Shown: positions 18,746 through 27,928, counted from the first letter of the stretch. The stretch is 39,232 nt of DNA from Mucilaginibacter sp. (GCF_036383575.1 NZ_DASVOB010000052.1:1-39232), one strand, 5' to 3'. Program-made: numbers and translations. Notes: generated by a model not told the origin, from the letters alone.

Positions 18746-19603
18746 ATGTTATCCAAATCTATTATTCCCCCTTCCGGCGTAAAACGCAGTATTACATTCT
18801 TTCTGTTATTTCTTGTATCAGGCTTCCTTTGCGAGGCGCAACAACAGCCTGTTGCCTGGCCCGCCGGAAAATCCGGTTTCGTCGCCAAACTGATGAACAT
18901 CGAGGCCGCGACAAGCGAAACTTTCCGTTACAGCACGACCCTGCATAACGGTTCCGGCGGTGCACGCGTATATGAACTCAAGGCGGACCTCCCGGCCGGC
19001 TGGACAATTTCTTACAAGGTAGACGGCATTCAGGTCAGTTCGATCAATATGGACGCTGGCAAAACACAGGACATTGTTATTGAAATAAATTCTCCCGCCG
19101 CTGCCGAGCCAAAAAAATACCCGATCCCCGTTAACGCGATAGCAGGTACAGAGACTTTGATATTGAACCTGGAAGCCGTCGTTAAAGGCTCCTATAGCAT
19201 GGCGCTGAGCACGCCAACAGGAAGATTGAGCGATGAGGTAACCTCCGGCAGTAAAAAAGAATTACTGCTCACTGTAAGCAACACCGGCACCTTACCATTG
19301 AACGACCTGCAGGTATCCTCGCAGCTGCCTTCAGGCTGGGAAGCTACCTTCGAACCTTCCAACGTCAAACAACTGTCTGCGGGAAAAACAGCCGATATAA
19401 AAGCAACCGTGAAAGTACCGGATAAAACTATCGCAGGAGATTATGCTGCCAGCTTTACTGCTTCGAACACCAATGCGAACTCCCAGATCGCTTTCCGGCT
19501 GCTGGTTAAAACATCCCTGCTTTCCGGCTGGATAGGTGTTGCGGTCATCCTGCTGGCCGTAGGCATCGTTTACTACCTCATTCGCAAATATGGCAGAAGA
19601 TAA
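18746..19603 (+). CDS. NEW3 (NPCBM-associated) Ig-like domain protein with C-terminal membrane anchor
   Basis: Signal peptide; two repeats with LPxGW (LPAGW, LPSGW), VSNTGT, IAGDY; C-terminal TM followed by RKYGRR. Confidence 0.85.
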   Translation: MLSKSIIPPSGVKRSITFFLLFLVSGFLCEAQQQPVAWPAGKSGFVAKLMNIEAATSETFRYSTTLHNGSGGARVYELKADLPAGWTISYKVDGIQVSSINMDAGKTQDIVIEINSPAAAEPKKYPIPVNAIAGTETLILNLEAVVKGSYSMALSTPTGRLSDEVTSGSKKELLLTVSNTGTLPLNDLQVSSQLPSGWEATFEPSNVKQLSAGKTADIKATVKVPDKTIAGDYAASFTASNTNANSQIAFRLLVKTSLLSGWIGVAVILLAVGIVYYLIRKYGRR

Positions 19604-19626
19604 AAAAGTCAATCCGTTTTTCAGCA

Positions 19627-20592
19627 ATGAACGATCCTATTATTCAATTAACGGGCTTAAACAAGCATTATGGCCCTATTAAAGCGGTTGATGCTCTAGA
19701 TCTTACTATCCAGCGGGGCGAAATCTTTGGCTTGCTGGGGCCTAACGGAGCAGGCAAAACCACCACCATATTGATGATGCTCGGGCTGACCGATCCCACC
19801 AGCGGCACGGCTATAGTTTGTGGCTATAATGCGACCAGCAGCCCGATGCGGGTAAAACGGAAAGTGGGCTACATGCCTGACAGCGTCGGTTTTTATGATA
19901 ACATGACGGCCCTGGAAAACCTCATATATATCGGCAGGCTGAATGGCCTGCCTGAAAACGAGCTTAAAAATCGGTGTGCAGAAGTGCTGGAAATCGTGGG
20001 ATTGACGGCAGACCGGCATAAGAAGACCGTAGCTTTCTCACGGGGTATGAAACAGCGGCTGGGTCTGGCCGATGTTTTGATCAAAGATCCTGAGGTCATC
20101 ATTTTGGATGAACCGACCCTCGGTATCGATCCGACGGGCGTAAGGGATTTTTTGGAGCTGATCAAACATTTAAGCCGTCAACGAGGTCTGACAGTCCTGC
20201 TATCGTCGCATCATTTACATCACGTCCAGCAGGTTTGCGACTGTGTCGGGATATTTGTAAAAGGCAAACTCATCGCGCAGGGCAATATCGGTTCACTTTC
20301 CAGTCAGTTATTTGATGCTGATGGCCATGTCACTTCCATTAAACTCGAACAACCGATCCCGGAGCCCTGGACTTTGGAAGCGGAACTCCGGGCCCTGGAT
20401 GCCATTAACAAGATCAGTATCTGTGGTAATGAACTTGAACTTACCAGCGATCGTGATATGACTGCTGTACTCGTTCGCTTCCTGGTTGAAAAAGGTTACG
20501 ACGTGACCGGCGTTCACCAAAAAAATTACGGCCTCGACGACATCTATCAGCAATACTTTGAATCCAACAATACAAGAAAATACACGCTATGA
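19627..20592 (+). CDS. ABC transporter ATP-binding protein (ABC-2 type)
   Basis: GPNGAGKTT, FSRGMKQRLG, ILDEP, SSHH. Confidence 0.95.
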   Translation: MNDPIIQLTGLNKHYGPIKAVDALDLTIQRGEIFGLLGPNGAGKTTTILMMLGLTDPTSGTAIVCGYNATSSPMRVKRKVGYMPDSVGFYDNMTALENLIYIGRLNGLPENELKNRCAEVLEIVGLTADRHKKTVAFSRGMKQRLGLADVLIKDPEVIILDEPTLGIDPTGVRDFLELIKHLSRQRGLTVLLSSHHLHHVQQVCDCVGIFVKGKLIAQGNIGSLSSQLFDADGHVTSIKLEQPIPEPWTLEAELRALDAINKISICGNELELTSDRDMTAVLVRFLVEKGYDVTGVHQKNYGLDDIYQQYFESNNTRKYTL

Positions 20593-21557
20593 AAAGTCAC
20601 ACACCTGAAAAAGCGCCTTTCAGCGTCATGGTTCACAAGGAAATAGCGGATCATATACGTAGCTGGCGCTTCGGCATATTACTGGCGCTGATTTTGCTAA
20701 CGTTTATAGCCTCCATGTACGTGTCACTGCAAAACATTAAAGCCGCAATAGCAAACGTAAAAGATCCGGATCACCTGTTTTTATATCTCAAGCTATTAAC
20801 GACTACGGACAATTCTATCCCGCCATTCCATGTGTTTTTGAGTTTCCTCGCTCCTTTACTGGGCATCAGTTTGGGTTTTGACACGGTCAATTCAGAATTG
20901 AACAGCGGCACCCTTACCCGGCTGATGGCACAGCCCATCTTCCGTGACAATTTACTGCTGGCTAAATTTGTCAGCGCATTGATGATCGTCAGCTTTTTAT
21001 TCACAGCGTTGGTTTTACTGATGATTGGCGGCGGCTTGTTGCTGACCGGGGTGGCCATCGAGCCGTCCGAAGTGCTTCGTATAGCCGGTTTTGTTTTGAT
21101 CACCATCTTTTACGTAGCCTTTTGGCTCAGTCTGTCGATCGTGCTGTCCATCCTGTTTAAACAGGCGGCAACCTCTGCACTTGCGGCGATCGGGATCTGG
21201 CTCTTCTTTTCTATATTTTACCAGATCGTGATCAATCTCGCAGTCAAATCCGTTTTACCCGACGCGGCAAATATGAGCCAGGCGGAAGCTATCAGTTATA
21301 ATGACTTGATATTAAATCTACTGCGTGTAGCACCGAGTCAGCTTTATTCAGACGCCGTGACTACGCTGCTGATGCCTTCAGTACGCAGTCTCGGCCCGGT
21401 CACTATGGAGCAGATGGCCGGCGCCATACCTACACCGCTGCCGGTTAAAGAAAGTGTCATGATCGTATGGCCGCAGGTCAGCGGCCTGATCGCATTAACA
21501 GTAAGTTGTTTTGCAATGGCTTATTTCCTTTTTATGCGCCGCGAAATACGGAGTTGA
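20589..21557 (+). CDS. ABC-2 type transporter permease
   Basis: KEIADHIRS, multiple TM helices, ELNSGTLTRLMAQPI, FMRREIR; ATGA overlap. Confidence 0.92.
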   Translation: MKSHTPEKAPFSVMVHKEIADHIRSWRFGILLALILLTFIASMYVSLQNIKAAIANVKDPDHLFLYLKLLTTTDNSIPPFHVFLSFLAPLLGISLGFDTVNSELNSGTLTRLMAQPIFRDNLLLAKFVSALMIVSFLFTALVLLMIGGGLLLTGVAIEPSEVLRIAGFVLITIFYVAFWLSLSIVLSILFKQAATSALAAIGIWLFFSIFYQIVINLAVKSVLPDAANMSQAEAISYNDLILNLLRVAPSQLYSDAVTTLLMPSVRSLGPVTMEQMAGAIPTPLPVKESVMIVWPQVSGLIALTVSCFAMAYFLFMRREIRS

Positions 21558-21666
21558 ATGTGTTATTGAAAGATAGTGGCGTGGAAGGGAATGATAATAA
21601 TATTTTGATCAGTAAGTTTCAATTGTTCCCTATCCTTATCCGGCGAGGAAGTTGTTATAGATGGGA

Positions 21667-22407
21667 TCAGGCATCTTGTTCAACCAGGAAGCGCTTTAAT
21701 AAATGAAGATTTTCCAAGGCTGCACCAGCAGTATTATTAAAATAGGCATAAACGCATTTACCCTTTTCCAGCCACTCGTTGATATAAGACGCATATTCAG
21801 AAAGGAAACTGTCGCTATAGCTTCCCTTATAATTGCCGGAGGGGCCATGGAAACGAAGGTAAACCAATTCATTAGCGGTTATATCCATCGGCGTGGCAGA
21901 CTTAGGCATATCCTGTAATACTATTGCTGTCTGATGCCGGCTTAGCAATTCAAAAACATCATCCTTATACCAAGACGAATGGCGGAATTCGACAGCAACA
22001 GGCCATGTATCAGCACTTAGCATATCCAATAATATCTCTAATTGTGGCAAGGCGTTTACCTGCAGGCTTGGTGGCAATTGAACCAATAAGCATCCTTGTT
22101 GCGTTTCGGGCAACCGGATCGCTTCCATAAAGGAACTGACATCCTGCGGATTGAAAAACAGTTTTTTTTCATGGGTGATCCCTTTCCAGAGTTTGAAGGT
22201 AAAACGAAAATCGGCACTTACTTCGGTCGCCCATCGCGCAATCGTTTTGGACTGCGGGATCCTGTAAAACGAGCTGTTAATTTCAACACTGTTTTCCTGC
22301 AAGGAATAATATCCCAGCCTGGATAGCTCGCTATATTCCGGCGGGAAATCGCGTTTGGGCAGGTCTATCTGTAAACCGCTGGTGCCACCAAAGAATTTTC
22401 CTTCCAT
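21667..22407 (-). CDS. DUF72 (YecE-like) protein
   Basis: GTSG, SVEINSSFY, FTFKL..ITH, LVQLPPS, EFRHSSW, YLRFHG, YFNN. Confidence 0.92.
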   Translation of the reverse strand: MEGKFFGGTSGLQIDLPKRDFPPEYSELSRLGYYSLQENSVEINSSFYRIPQSKTIARWATEVSADFRFTFKLWKGITHEKKLFFNPQDVSSFMEAIRLPETQQGCLLVQLPPSLQVNALPQLEILLDMLSADTWPVAVEFRHSSWYKDDVFELLSRHQTAIVLQDMPKSATPMDITANELVYLRFHGPSGNYKGSYSDSFLSEYASYINEWLEKGKCVYAYFNNTAGAALENLHLLKRFLVEQDA

Positions 22408-22631
22408 CAGTCGAGAACAATATACCAGTGATGGTCATCATCCAATGTATAGATTAATCCATCACTCATTTCATAAACATCACGGCCATATTTTTGGCTG
22501 AAGTAGATTTTTTCATCACGGATCACCGTGCCGTTATTTTCCACCCGCAAAAAGAAAAGCAGTGCACCTAAGTTAGGTGCAACATCTTTGAGGTGCCTGG
22601 CCTCCCCTTCCTTTACAAATGCCGAGCTCAT
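22407..22631 (-). CDS. 74-aa protein with GreA/GreB-like-family N-terminal motif MSxAFVKE
   Basis: Begins MSSAFVKEGE; coupled on both sides (ATGA and TGATG overlaps). Confidence 0.7.
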   Translation of the reverse strand: MSSAFVKEGEARHLKDVAPNLGALLFFLRVENNGTVIRDEKIYFSQKYGRDVYEMSDGLIYTLDDDHHWYIVLD

Positions 22632-23011
22632 GCCTGTTTAAGTTTTGCTTCCATGCTTTGGGTGGTATGTGGAACTGCCATTAAGCGTTCTTTCGGGATC
22701 AGTTTACCAGTAGAACGGCATATTCCGTAAGTCTTGTTTTCGATACGGGTCAGCGCGGCCTCTAGCTGACCGATGAACTTTTTCTGTCGTCCTGCCAACT
22801 GGTTGGTTTGTTCCTTCTCGTAAGTTGCCGAACCATCTTCCAGCGTTTTTCCGGCTATTGCTGCATCATCACCGTTAGAGCCGGAAGCGCTGAGCGTTCC
22901 AACCAGGTCCTGCAATTCTTCACGTGCGACATTGATCTTATCTTTAATCAAGGTTTTGAACTCATTTAATTCTGTGTCGTTGTATTTCGTTTTACTATTT
23001 TCTGGTTGCAT
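22628..23011 (-). CDS. dksA: TraR/DksA family transcription factor (single-Cys type)
   Basis: Coiled coil, then ALTRIENKTYGICRSTGKLIPKERLMAVPHTTQSMEAK. Confidence 0.88.
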   Translation of the reverse strand: MQPENSKTKYNDTELNEFKTLIKDKINVAREELQDLVGTLSASGSNGDDAAIAGKTLEDGSATYEKEQTNQLAGRQKKFIGQLEAALTRIENKTYGICRSTGKLIPKERLMAVPHTTQSMEAKLKQA

Positions 23012-23095
23012 GATTGGGTTAACAATGATTTATGTAAATAGTTGGGTATAATTAAAAAGAGGCTTATTTGTTTGTTCGTCCTTTCTGACCAAAGG

Positions 23096-23764
23096 TTATT
23101 CACCATCCTCTTTGTCGCTTTCAGCTTCCGCTTTTTTGTCCTCTTCCAGCAGGTTGGTACCGATCGGATTAGCGGCAAGCAGTTTGGCAAACCAGGCCAG
23201 GTTGGCGGTCATATAGCGGAGCGTTTTGTTGGTGTATAAATAACGTTTCCCGCCGCCATCAACGTAATCTTTTTCGCCGCCGGCCATCCCGACCTAATAA
23301 GCATTCACATTGGGGGGAATAGTAAAGCCAACTTCCTGCAGCGCCCAAAGCACCTGAGCGGCGCAGCTATGCGCTCCATCCTCATTACCTGTGATCAAAC
23401 AGCCACCCACTTTATTATAGGGCATATACTGACCATTTTCTTTGCTGCTCAGTTCTTCGTCGCGAAAGATCGCGTCCAGCCTTTCTATCACTTTTTGCGA
23501 TGTAGAAGCGAGGTTTCCCATCCATATCGGCGTGGCTATAATAAAGATCTGGCAGGCTTTGATCTTTTCAAGGATAAGCGGCCATTGATCGCCCTCTCCC
23601 TCATCCGAAGAATTGCCGGTTAAAACCTGGTAATCATTCAGGCGGATGATCTCAGTTTCGAAACCCTGTCCCTCCAATTGCTCTGCTGCCTTCTCTGCCA
23701 GCGCACCCGCATTGGAGACCGCAGGGCTCCGTTTAAGTGTACAATTGATGATTAATGCTTTCAT
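23096..23764 (-). pseudogene. Flavodoxin-like NAD(P)H-dependent FMN reductase with in-frame TAG
   Basis: INCTLKRS, ATPIWMG, ITGNEDGAH, GFTIPPNVNAY-TAG-VGMAG. The ORF 23096..23287 continues in the same frame. Confidence 0.85.
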
Positions 23765-23841
23765 AGATATATTTTGCTTTGATGATTGATGTTTTACATT
23801 TTTAATATTTTAACATTAGCCGATGGTTATGCAAGGCTATT

Positions 23842-24396
23842 CTAATCTTTCTCATTATTCAGGAACCGAAACGCATCATCTATTATTCTTAAAGTGCCCC
23901 AGTACAGATCCTGGTCGCCGTTTTTCATGGATGTCAACAACTGTTGTTTTTTCCGCATGTATTTTCCGGCATGTTGGAGATCGTGCTTTAAAACCCAGGT
24001 GATATTATAGATCAGATCGCCATATTTAACGGTTTGTGCAGCAGAACTTATCGTGGTCAATCTTGCGGCCTCCTTTGCCTTCCGTGCTTTTTTCTTCAAA
24101 TCGGGATAGTCTTTTTTTGTGAATACATCGGTCAGCTCTACAGTGCAATTGAGGATAAAATCTGCTTCCTGTTTTGTATAACCGAAAACGGTTAGTGCCG
24201 AATGGAGTTCAATTTTGGTCGTTTCAGTTTCCTCAAAAAGATCATGACAAAGACCGATCTCGTAGCCTAAGGGGATGACGGTGCCTAATTCAGCAACCTC
24301 CATCAGGTGGTTGATGTAGGGTTCGGTTGTATGCCTGATCAGCTGACCTTCATGTTGTTGTTTTATCCAGTTAAGTAGTTTATCGGTGCGGTTCAT
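23842..24396 (-). CDS. HD-domain protein, small alarmone hydrolase (Mesh1/SpoT-HD-like)
   Basis: HEGQ...EPYINH, LCHDLFEET, VELTD, VKYGDLIYN. Confidence 0.8.
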   Translation of the reverse strand: MNRTDKLLNWIKQQHEGQLIRHTTEPYINHLMEVAELGTVIPLGYEIGLCHDLFEETETTKIELHSALTVFGYTKQEADFILNCTVELTDVFTKKDYPDLKKKARKAKEAARLTTISSAAQTVKYGDLIYNITWVLKHDLQHAGKYMRKKQQLLTSMKNGDQDLYWGTLRIIDDAFRFLNNEKD

Positions 24397-24767
24397 TTGA
24401 GCTTATCCAGTTTGAAATAACCTAAATGAATCTTTTCATCCGGAATGCGGGTTCCGTTGCCGAAGACAATGCGGTATTGCGCTTTCGGGGCAGGTGATAG
24501 CAGGTCTTCAATGTAGTGGACACTATCCATATCAATACCGTATTTCTTATCGATGTGGGCGGAAGCTATACCCTTCAGGGACTTGGCTTTAAAGAACAGG
24601 CTTTTCTTTGCTAACTGGATGGCAGCCAAACGGCTGTTTCGTACAGTGAGCACCGTATAGTGCTGTTCTTCCAGCTCCCCGCGGATGCAACCACCCAGGT
24701 TCAGGAAGAAGAGTTTATTGCCTGAAGCGGGGGCTTCGGCACCTAACAATAACAAGTATAACTTCAT
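24393..24767 (-). CDS. DUF1543 protein, apparently with internal in-frame deletion
   Basis: KLFFLNLGG...EEQHY...HIDKKYGIDMD...IHLGYFKL; only 13 residues of the first domain appear to remain. Confidence 0.75.
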   Translation of the reverse strand: MKLYLLLLGAEAPASGNKLFFLNLGGCIRGELEEQHYTVLTVRNSRLAAIQLAKKSLFFKAKSLKGIASAHIDKKYGIDMDSVHYIEDLLSPAPKAQYRIVFGNGTRIPDEKIHLGYFKLDKLK

Positions 24768-26470
24768 GCCATTAATCTTTTAATAATGATACCAGAGGCC
24801 TCCTCGCTGAAATCGAGACCGGAATAATCAGGGTTGTAGCCACCGATATAAGGCACAGCCATCATATAGATCCGTTCATTATACGCACCGTAGGCATCAA
24901 CCACCTGAAAATAATCATTGATGGTGATGCCGGAAACTTTCAGGTAGTAATCGCCATGGTCATCTTTTGAAACCGGCTTACCGGCATTCATGGCTTTAAG
25001 TCCCTCATCCGCCGAACTAAATTTGAGCTTAGCAGGTGTAACGGTGCGCCCTTCGATCAGGTTTTTAAACGGAAGATCTTCAAAGGCTAAATGTGGTTGG
25101 CCCACACAATCCACATAAGTTTGATAATGTACACTTTGTTCGTTTTTATCCTCGTCTGTATAATGGTAGATAGCACCACCATTTTCATGTGGTTCTATAC
25201 TGCTTTCATCACCAACCGGGATCAGTTCCAGCACGCCTGCCCGGTGCAGCGCTAATAACTCCTCGCTGGAACTTTGCGGGATGAAGGCGATCACAATAGA
25301 GATCAACGGCGTAAGGGATTGCTGCAAACGCTGCATATCTTCTGCAGAAAGGTGTTTGGCAGGGTAGTTTAACGAAAAGCTCAATACACCGAGCATTTCT
25401 TTCCAGTAAACAGATTTTTCACGTTTGATGGATTGCTCAGCTTCGGCATATTCTGCCTTTAATAATTGAAACGGTTCAACTTCCTCGCGCAAAGCCATCA
25501 TAGCGTCCACAAATTCTTCCAGGCGCATGTCTTTGATCTTTTCGTAAAATTCCGGTTCTTTTGCCTGTATCGGCAATTTAAAGTCCCGGTTAAAAATATA
25601 ATCCAGGGACAAAAAGCCGTTGTTAGCTTTAATATGGGCTTTGATCTCGTCTTTACTCAGGAAGCTATCATTAGATAAGTGCGAATCTTCCAAATGGAAA
25701 CGTACTGCGGGCAGCATGCCGTTCCGGGTATGCATTACCAGTTTAAAATCAGGGTGATCGGAGAAAGGTTTATAAAACAACTTGCCGCCTTTATCTTTAT
25801 CAAAAGTCCCGTTATGACGGGCCAGCGTCCGGATAGCGTCAACCGCGGTGAGGGATGAGCCTTTGATGGCAACCGGGTGGTTAAGCTTCAGGGCCAGCTT
25901 GGCGGGCGGATATGGTGAATCAAAATAATTAGAGACCTTGCCCTCATACGTTTTCGGCCAGTTATGTCCTGTACAAATAATCACCCGGTCAAATTCGGTT
26001 TGCTCTCCGTCTCCTGTCTCAACGATGACCAGGCCTTTTTCGGGCTGATCAAGAATATCGGTTACAGTCGTGTTATATCGTATAGCATAAGTAATACCGG
26101 TTTCCCTGGCTTGTTTTTGCAGCAGGTCAAATTGTGCGGTAAGGTACTGGCCGAACAATAAACGCGGCAGCACTTTGTATTCATTGAAACGGGCGGCGTC
26201 CATATGGTATTTATCCAGCGTATCTTTAGAAACGGATTTAACCCAGTTATCCAGAGAAGTAACTAAGGGCGGAATCTCATTACCCGAAACGTTGGTAATA
26301 TGCTCATCATTGGCGCCTTCGGCGCTGTAGGGCATGCCCGATCCTAATTTATTTTTACGCTCGAAAATGGTAATACTCAGATCTGTGTTTCCTGTATTTA
26401 CCAGTCGCTTGAACATGAACAGGCCGCTTGGGCCCCCGCCCAGTATGGCGATGCGCTTTTTATTTTCCAA
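24764..26470 (-). CDS. FAD/NAD(P)-binding protein (YdhS-like)
   Basis: IAILGGGPSG, IFER...GSGMPYS, PRLLFGQYL, ICTGH, IKGSSLTAVD; TTG start. Confidence 0.88.
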   Translation of the reverse strand: MENKKRIAILGGGPSGLFMFKRLVNTGNTDLSITIFERKNKLGSGMPYSAEGANDEHITNVSGNEIPPLVTSLDNWVKSVSKDTLDKYHMDAARFNEYKVLPRLLFGQYLTAQFDLLQKQARETGITYAIRYNTTVTDILDQPEKGLVIVETGDGEQTEFDRVIICTGHNWPKTYEGKVSNYFDSPYPPAKLALKLNHPVAIKGSSLTAVDAIRTLARHNGTFDKDKGGKLFYKPFSDHPDFKLVMHTRNGMLPAVRFHLEDSHLSNDSFLSKDEIKAHIKANNGFLSLDYIFNRDFKLPIQAKEPEFYEKIKDMRLEEFVDAMMALREEVEPFQLLKAEYAEAEQSIKREKSVYWKEMLGVLSFSLNYPAKHLSAEDMQRLQQSLTPLISIVIAFIPQSSSEELLALHRAGVLELIPVGDESSIEPHENGGAIYHYTDEDKNEQSVHYQTYVDCVGQPHLAFEDLPFKNLIEGRTVTPAKLKFSSADEGLKAMNAGKPVSKDDHGDYYLKVSGITINDYFQVVDAYGAYNERIYMMAVPYIGGYNPDYSGLDFSEEASGIIIKRLMA

Positions 26471-26515
26471 TTTAGCAGGTTTATGGGAATAGATAGAGGT
26501 TAATACATCTTGAGG

Positions 26516-26866
26516 CTAATTGTCTTTCATTTGATTCCAAAGCGCCGGGTTATCTCGGATATGGCCCAGGTGCTCAATGACCTCCTGCACTTCATCATTA
26601 TTTAATTCCCGTTGTCCATCTGAAGTATAAGTAAAGAGTTTACCAGGTAATTCAAATGTGATGTAACCGAAATACTCAGGATCTTTAATTCGTTCGAGGT
26701 GCAGGGTACTTTCTTTGCTCCTGCTCATCAAAGGATTACCAGCGCCGATATCGAGAAAAATACTGTACGTATGGGTAATTACCGTATGGCCATTCAAATG
26801 GGCAGCTGTATCCGGGATCACCATTAATGGGCAACCTTGTTCGAGTTGAAAAAATAGCGGGTTCAT
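26516..26866 (-). CDS. Hypothetical protein
   Basis: 116-aa ATG ORF co-oriented with the operon; DPEYFGYITFELPGKLFTY is protein-like. Confidence 0.75.
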   Translation of the reverse strand: MNPLFFQLEQGCPLMVIPDTAAHLNGHTVITHTYSIFLDIGAGNPLMSRSKESTLHLERIKDPEYFGYITFELPGKLFTYTSDGQRELNNDEVQEVIEHLGHIRDNPALWNQMKDN

Positions 26867-27035
26867 GCTGCTGTAAATGTTTACAGCTACTACAATATGC
26901 AGCCTGTTTAGTTTTAGCCAGGCAACATAAAATATTATTAAACAATATTTTCTCTTATAAATTAAGTAAAACCCTTCAGTCTAAAATCATTATGAACCAA
27001 ACAGACAGATCACCGATTTAGAGTTTATCATAGGT

Positions 27036-27182
27036 TTAGCGGGAGCTTATTTTACCGGAACCATCAGCAACTTTAATAGCATAAGTTGATCGGATGGCCA
27101 TAAATGCAAAAAAAACAATTGTACTGATGGCAAGTATAATATAGATATAGTCTACGGTTTTAAATGAGCTCTCGTTGGTCAT
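27036..27182 (-). CDS. 48-aa single-TM small protein
   Basis: MTNESSFKTVDYIYIILAISTIVFFAFMAIRSTYAIKVADGSGKISSR; below the ORF-track cutoff. Confidence 0.45.
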   Translation of the reverse strand: MTNESSFKTVDYIYIILAISTIVFFAFMAIRSTYAIKVADGSGKISSR

Positions 27183-27355
27183 AATATGTCAAGAATTCAA
27201 ATATAATTATTTCTTTTACAGGCATTAAGAATACCTCACTCCGTGTGGCTTTAATCGTAAATCAATGATACATCGTCCACTTTAGTTAACATTAAACGGA
27301 AACATCAACGGTAAAAAATGAAAAGTTGGGTTAGCCTGCACCTGGCTATTATTTA

Positions 27356-27673
27356 CTAACGCCATTCCTCCATCGGGTTGTACGCAACCAGATATTGTAA
27401 TTCGTTAACATGAATAGCTTTCAATGGAATAGGTTCTGTGAGCGGGAACGAGAGGGCCGTCTCAACCATGCTTAGCATTCGGGCAAGTTGCTCAATACCT
27501 GGTTCAACAGATACGCTTACACGATATTGTTTCTCAATCGCTACTTTATCGGCTTTACTAACCAATTTCAATTGCCATGGCTTATCTTGTTTAAAACCAT
27601 GTTCTATTGCTATGTTCCGTAGATCAAACAAGTATTCCATTACCTGCGTGTTTATAAGTCCGTTTGTCTTCAA
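27356..27673 (-). CDS. Hypothetical protein
   Basis: 105-aa ORF; its TTG start overlaps the stop of the upstream small ORF (alternative ATG at MEYLFDL). Confidence 0.7.
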   Translation of the reverse strand: MKTNGLINTQVMEYLFDLRNIAIEHGFKQDKPWQLKLVSKADKVAIEKQYRVSVSVEPGIEQLARMLSMVETALSFPLTEPIPLKAIHVNELQYLVAYNPMEEWR

Positions 27674-27807
27674 TCTTTTTTCTTTTTATTAATTGATACA
27701 CTATCGCTTGATGCCGATTTTTTGCCTGCCTGATAATCTGAAGTCGACTTATTACCGCCTGCTGCGGGAGCTTTTTTTACGTTTTTACTACCTTTATCTT
27801 TACTCAT
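27670..27807 (-). CDS. 45-aa Lys/Ser-rich hydrophilic small protein
   Basis: MSKDKGSKNVKKAPAAGGNKSTSDYQAGKKSASSDSVSINKKKKD; A-rich leader; TTGA overlap with the next gene. Confidence 0.65.
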   Translation of the reverse strand: MSKDKGSKNVKKAPAAGGNKSTSDYQAGKKSASSDSVSINKKKKD

Positions 27808-27928
27808 GATTGTTTTTCGATTAATACCATTTTAACGTGCGTTTTTTCAGGAAATCACTTCAGCAATTTCATAAAATCCTGTTTGTATATTCAAAACTTA
27901 TTTGTGGGCATCGAGATCAGAAAGCAAC

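Noticed and set aside
23294-23296. Pyrrolysine or alternative genetic code explanation for the in-frame TAG
   Set aside because: TAG terminates other genes here normally (HD protein, RND, TetR), no pyl genes are seen, and a TGG-to-TAG mutation is simpler.
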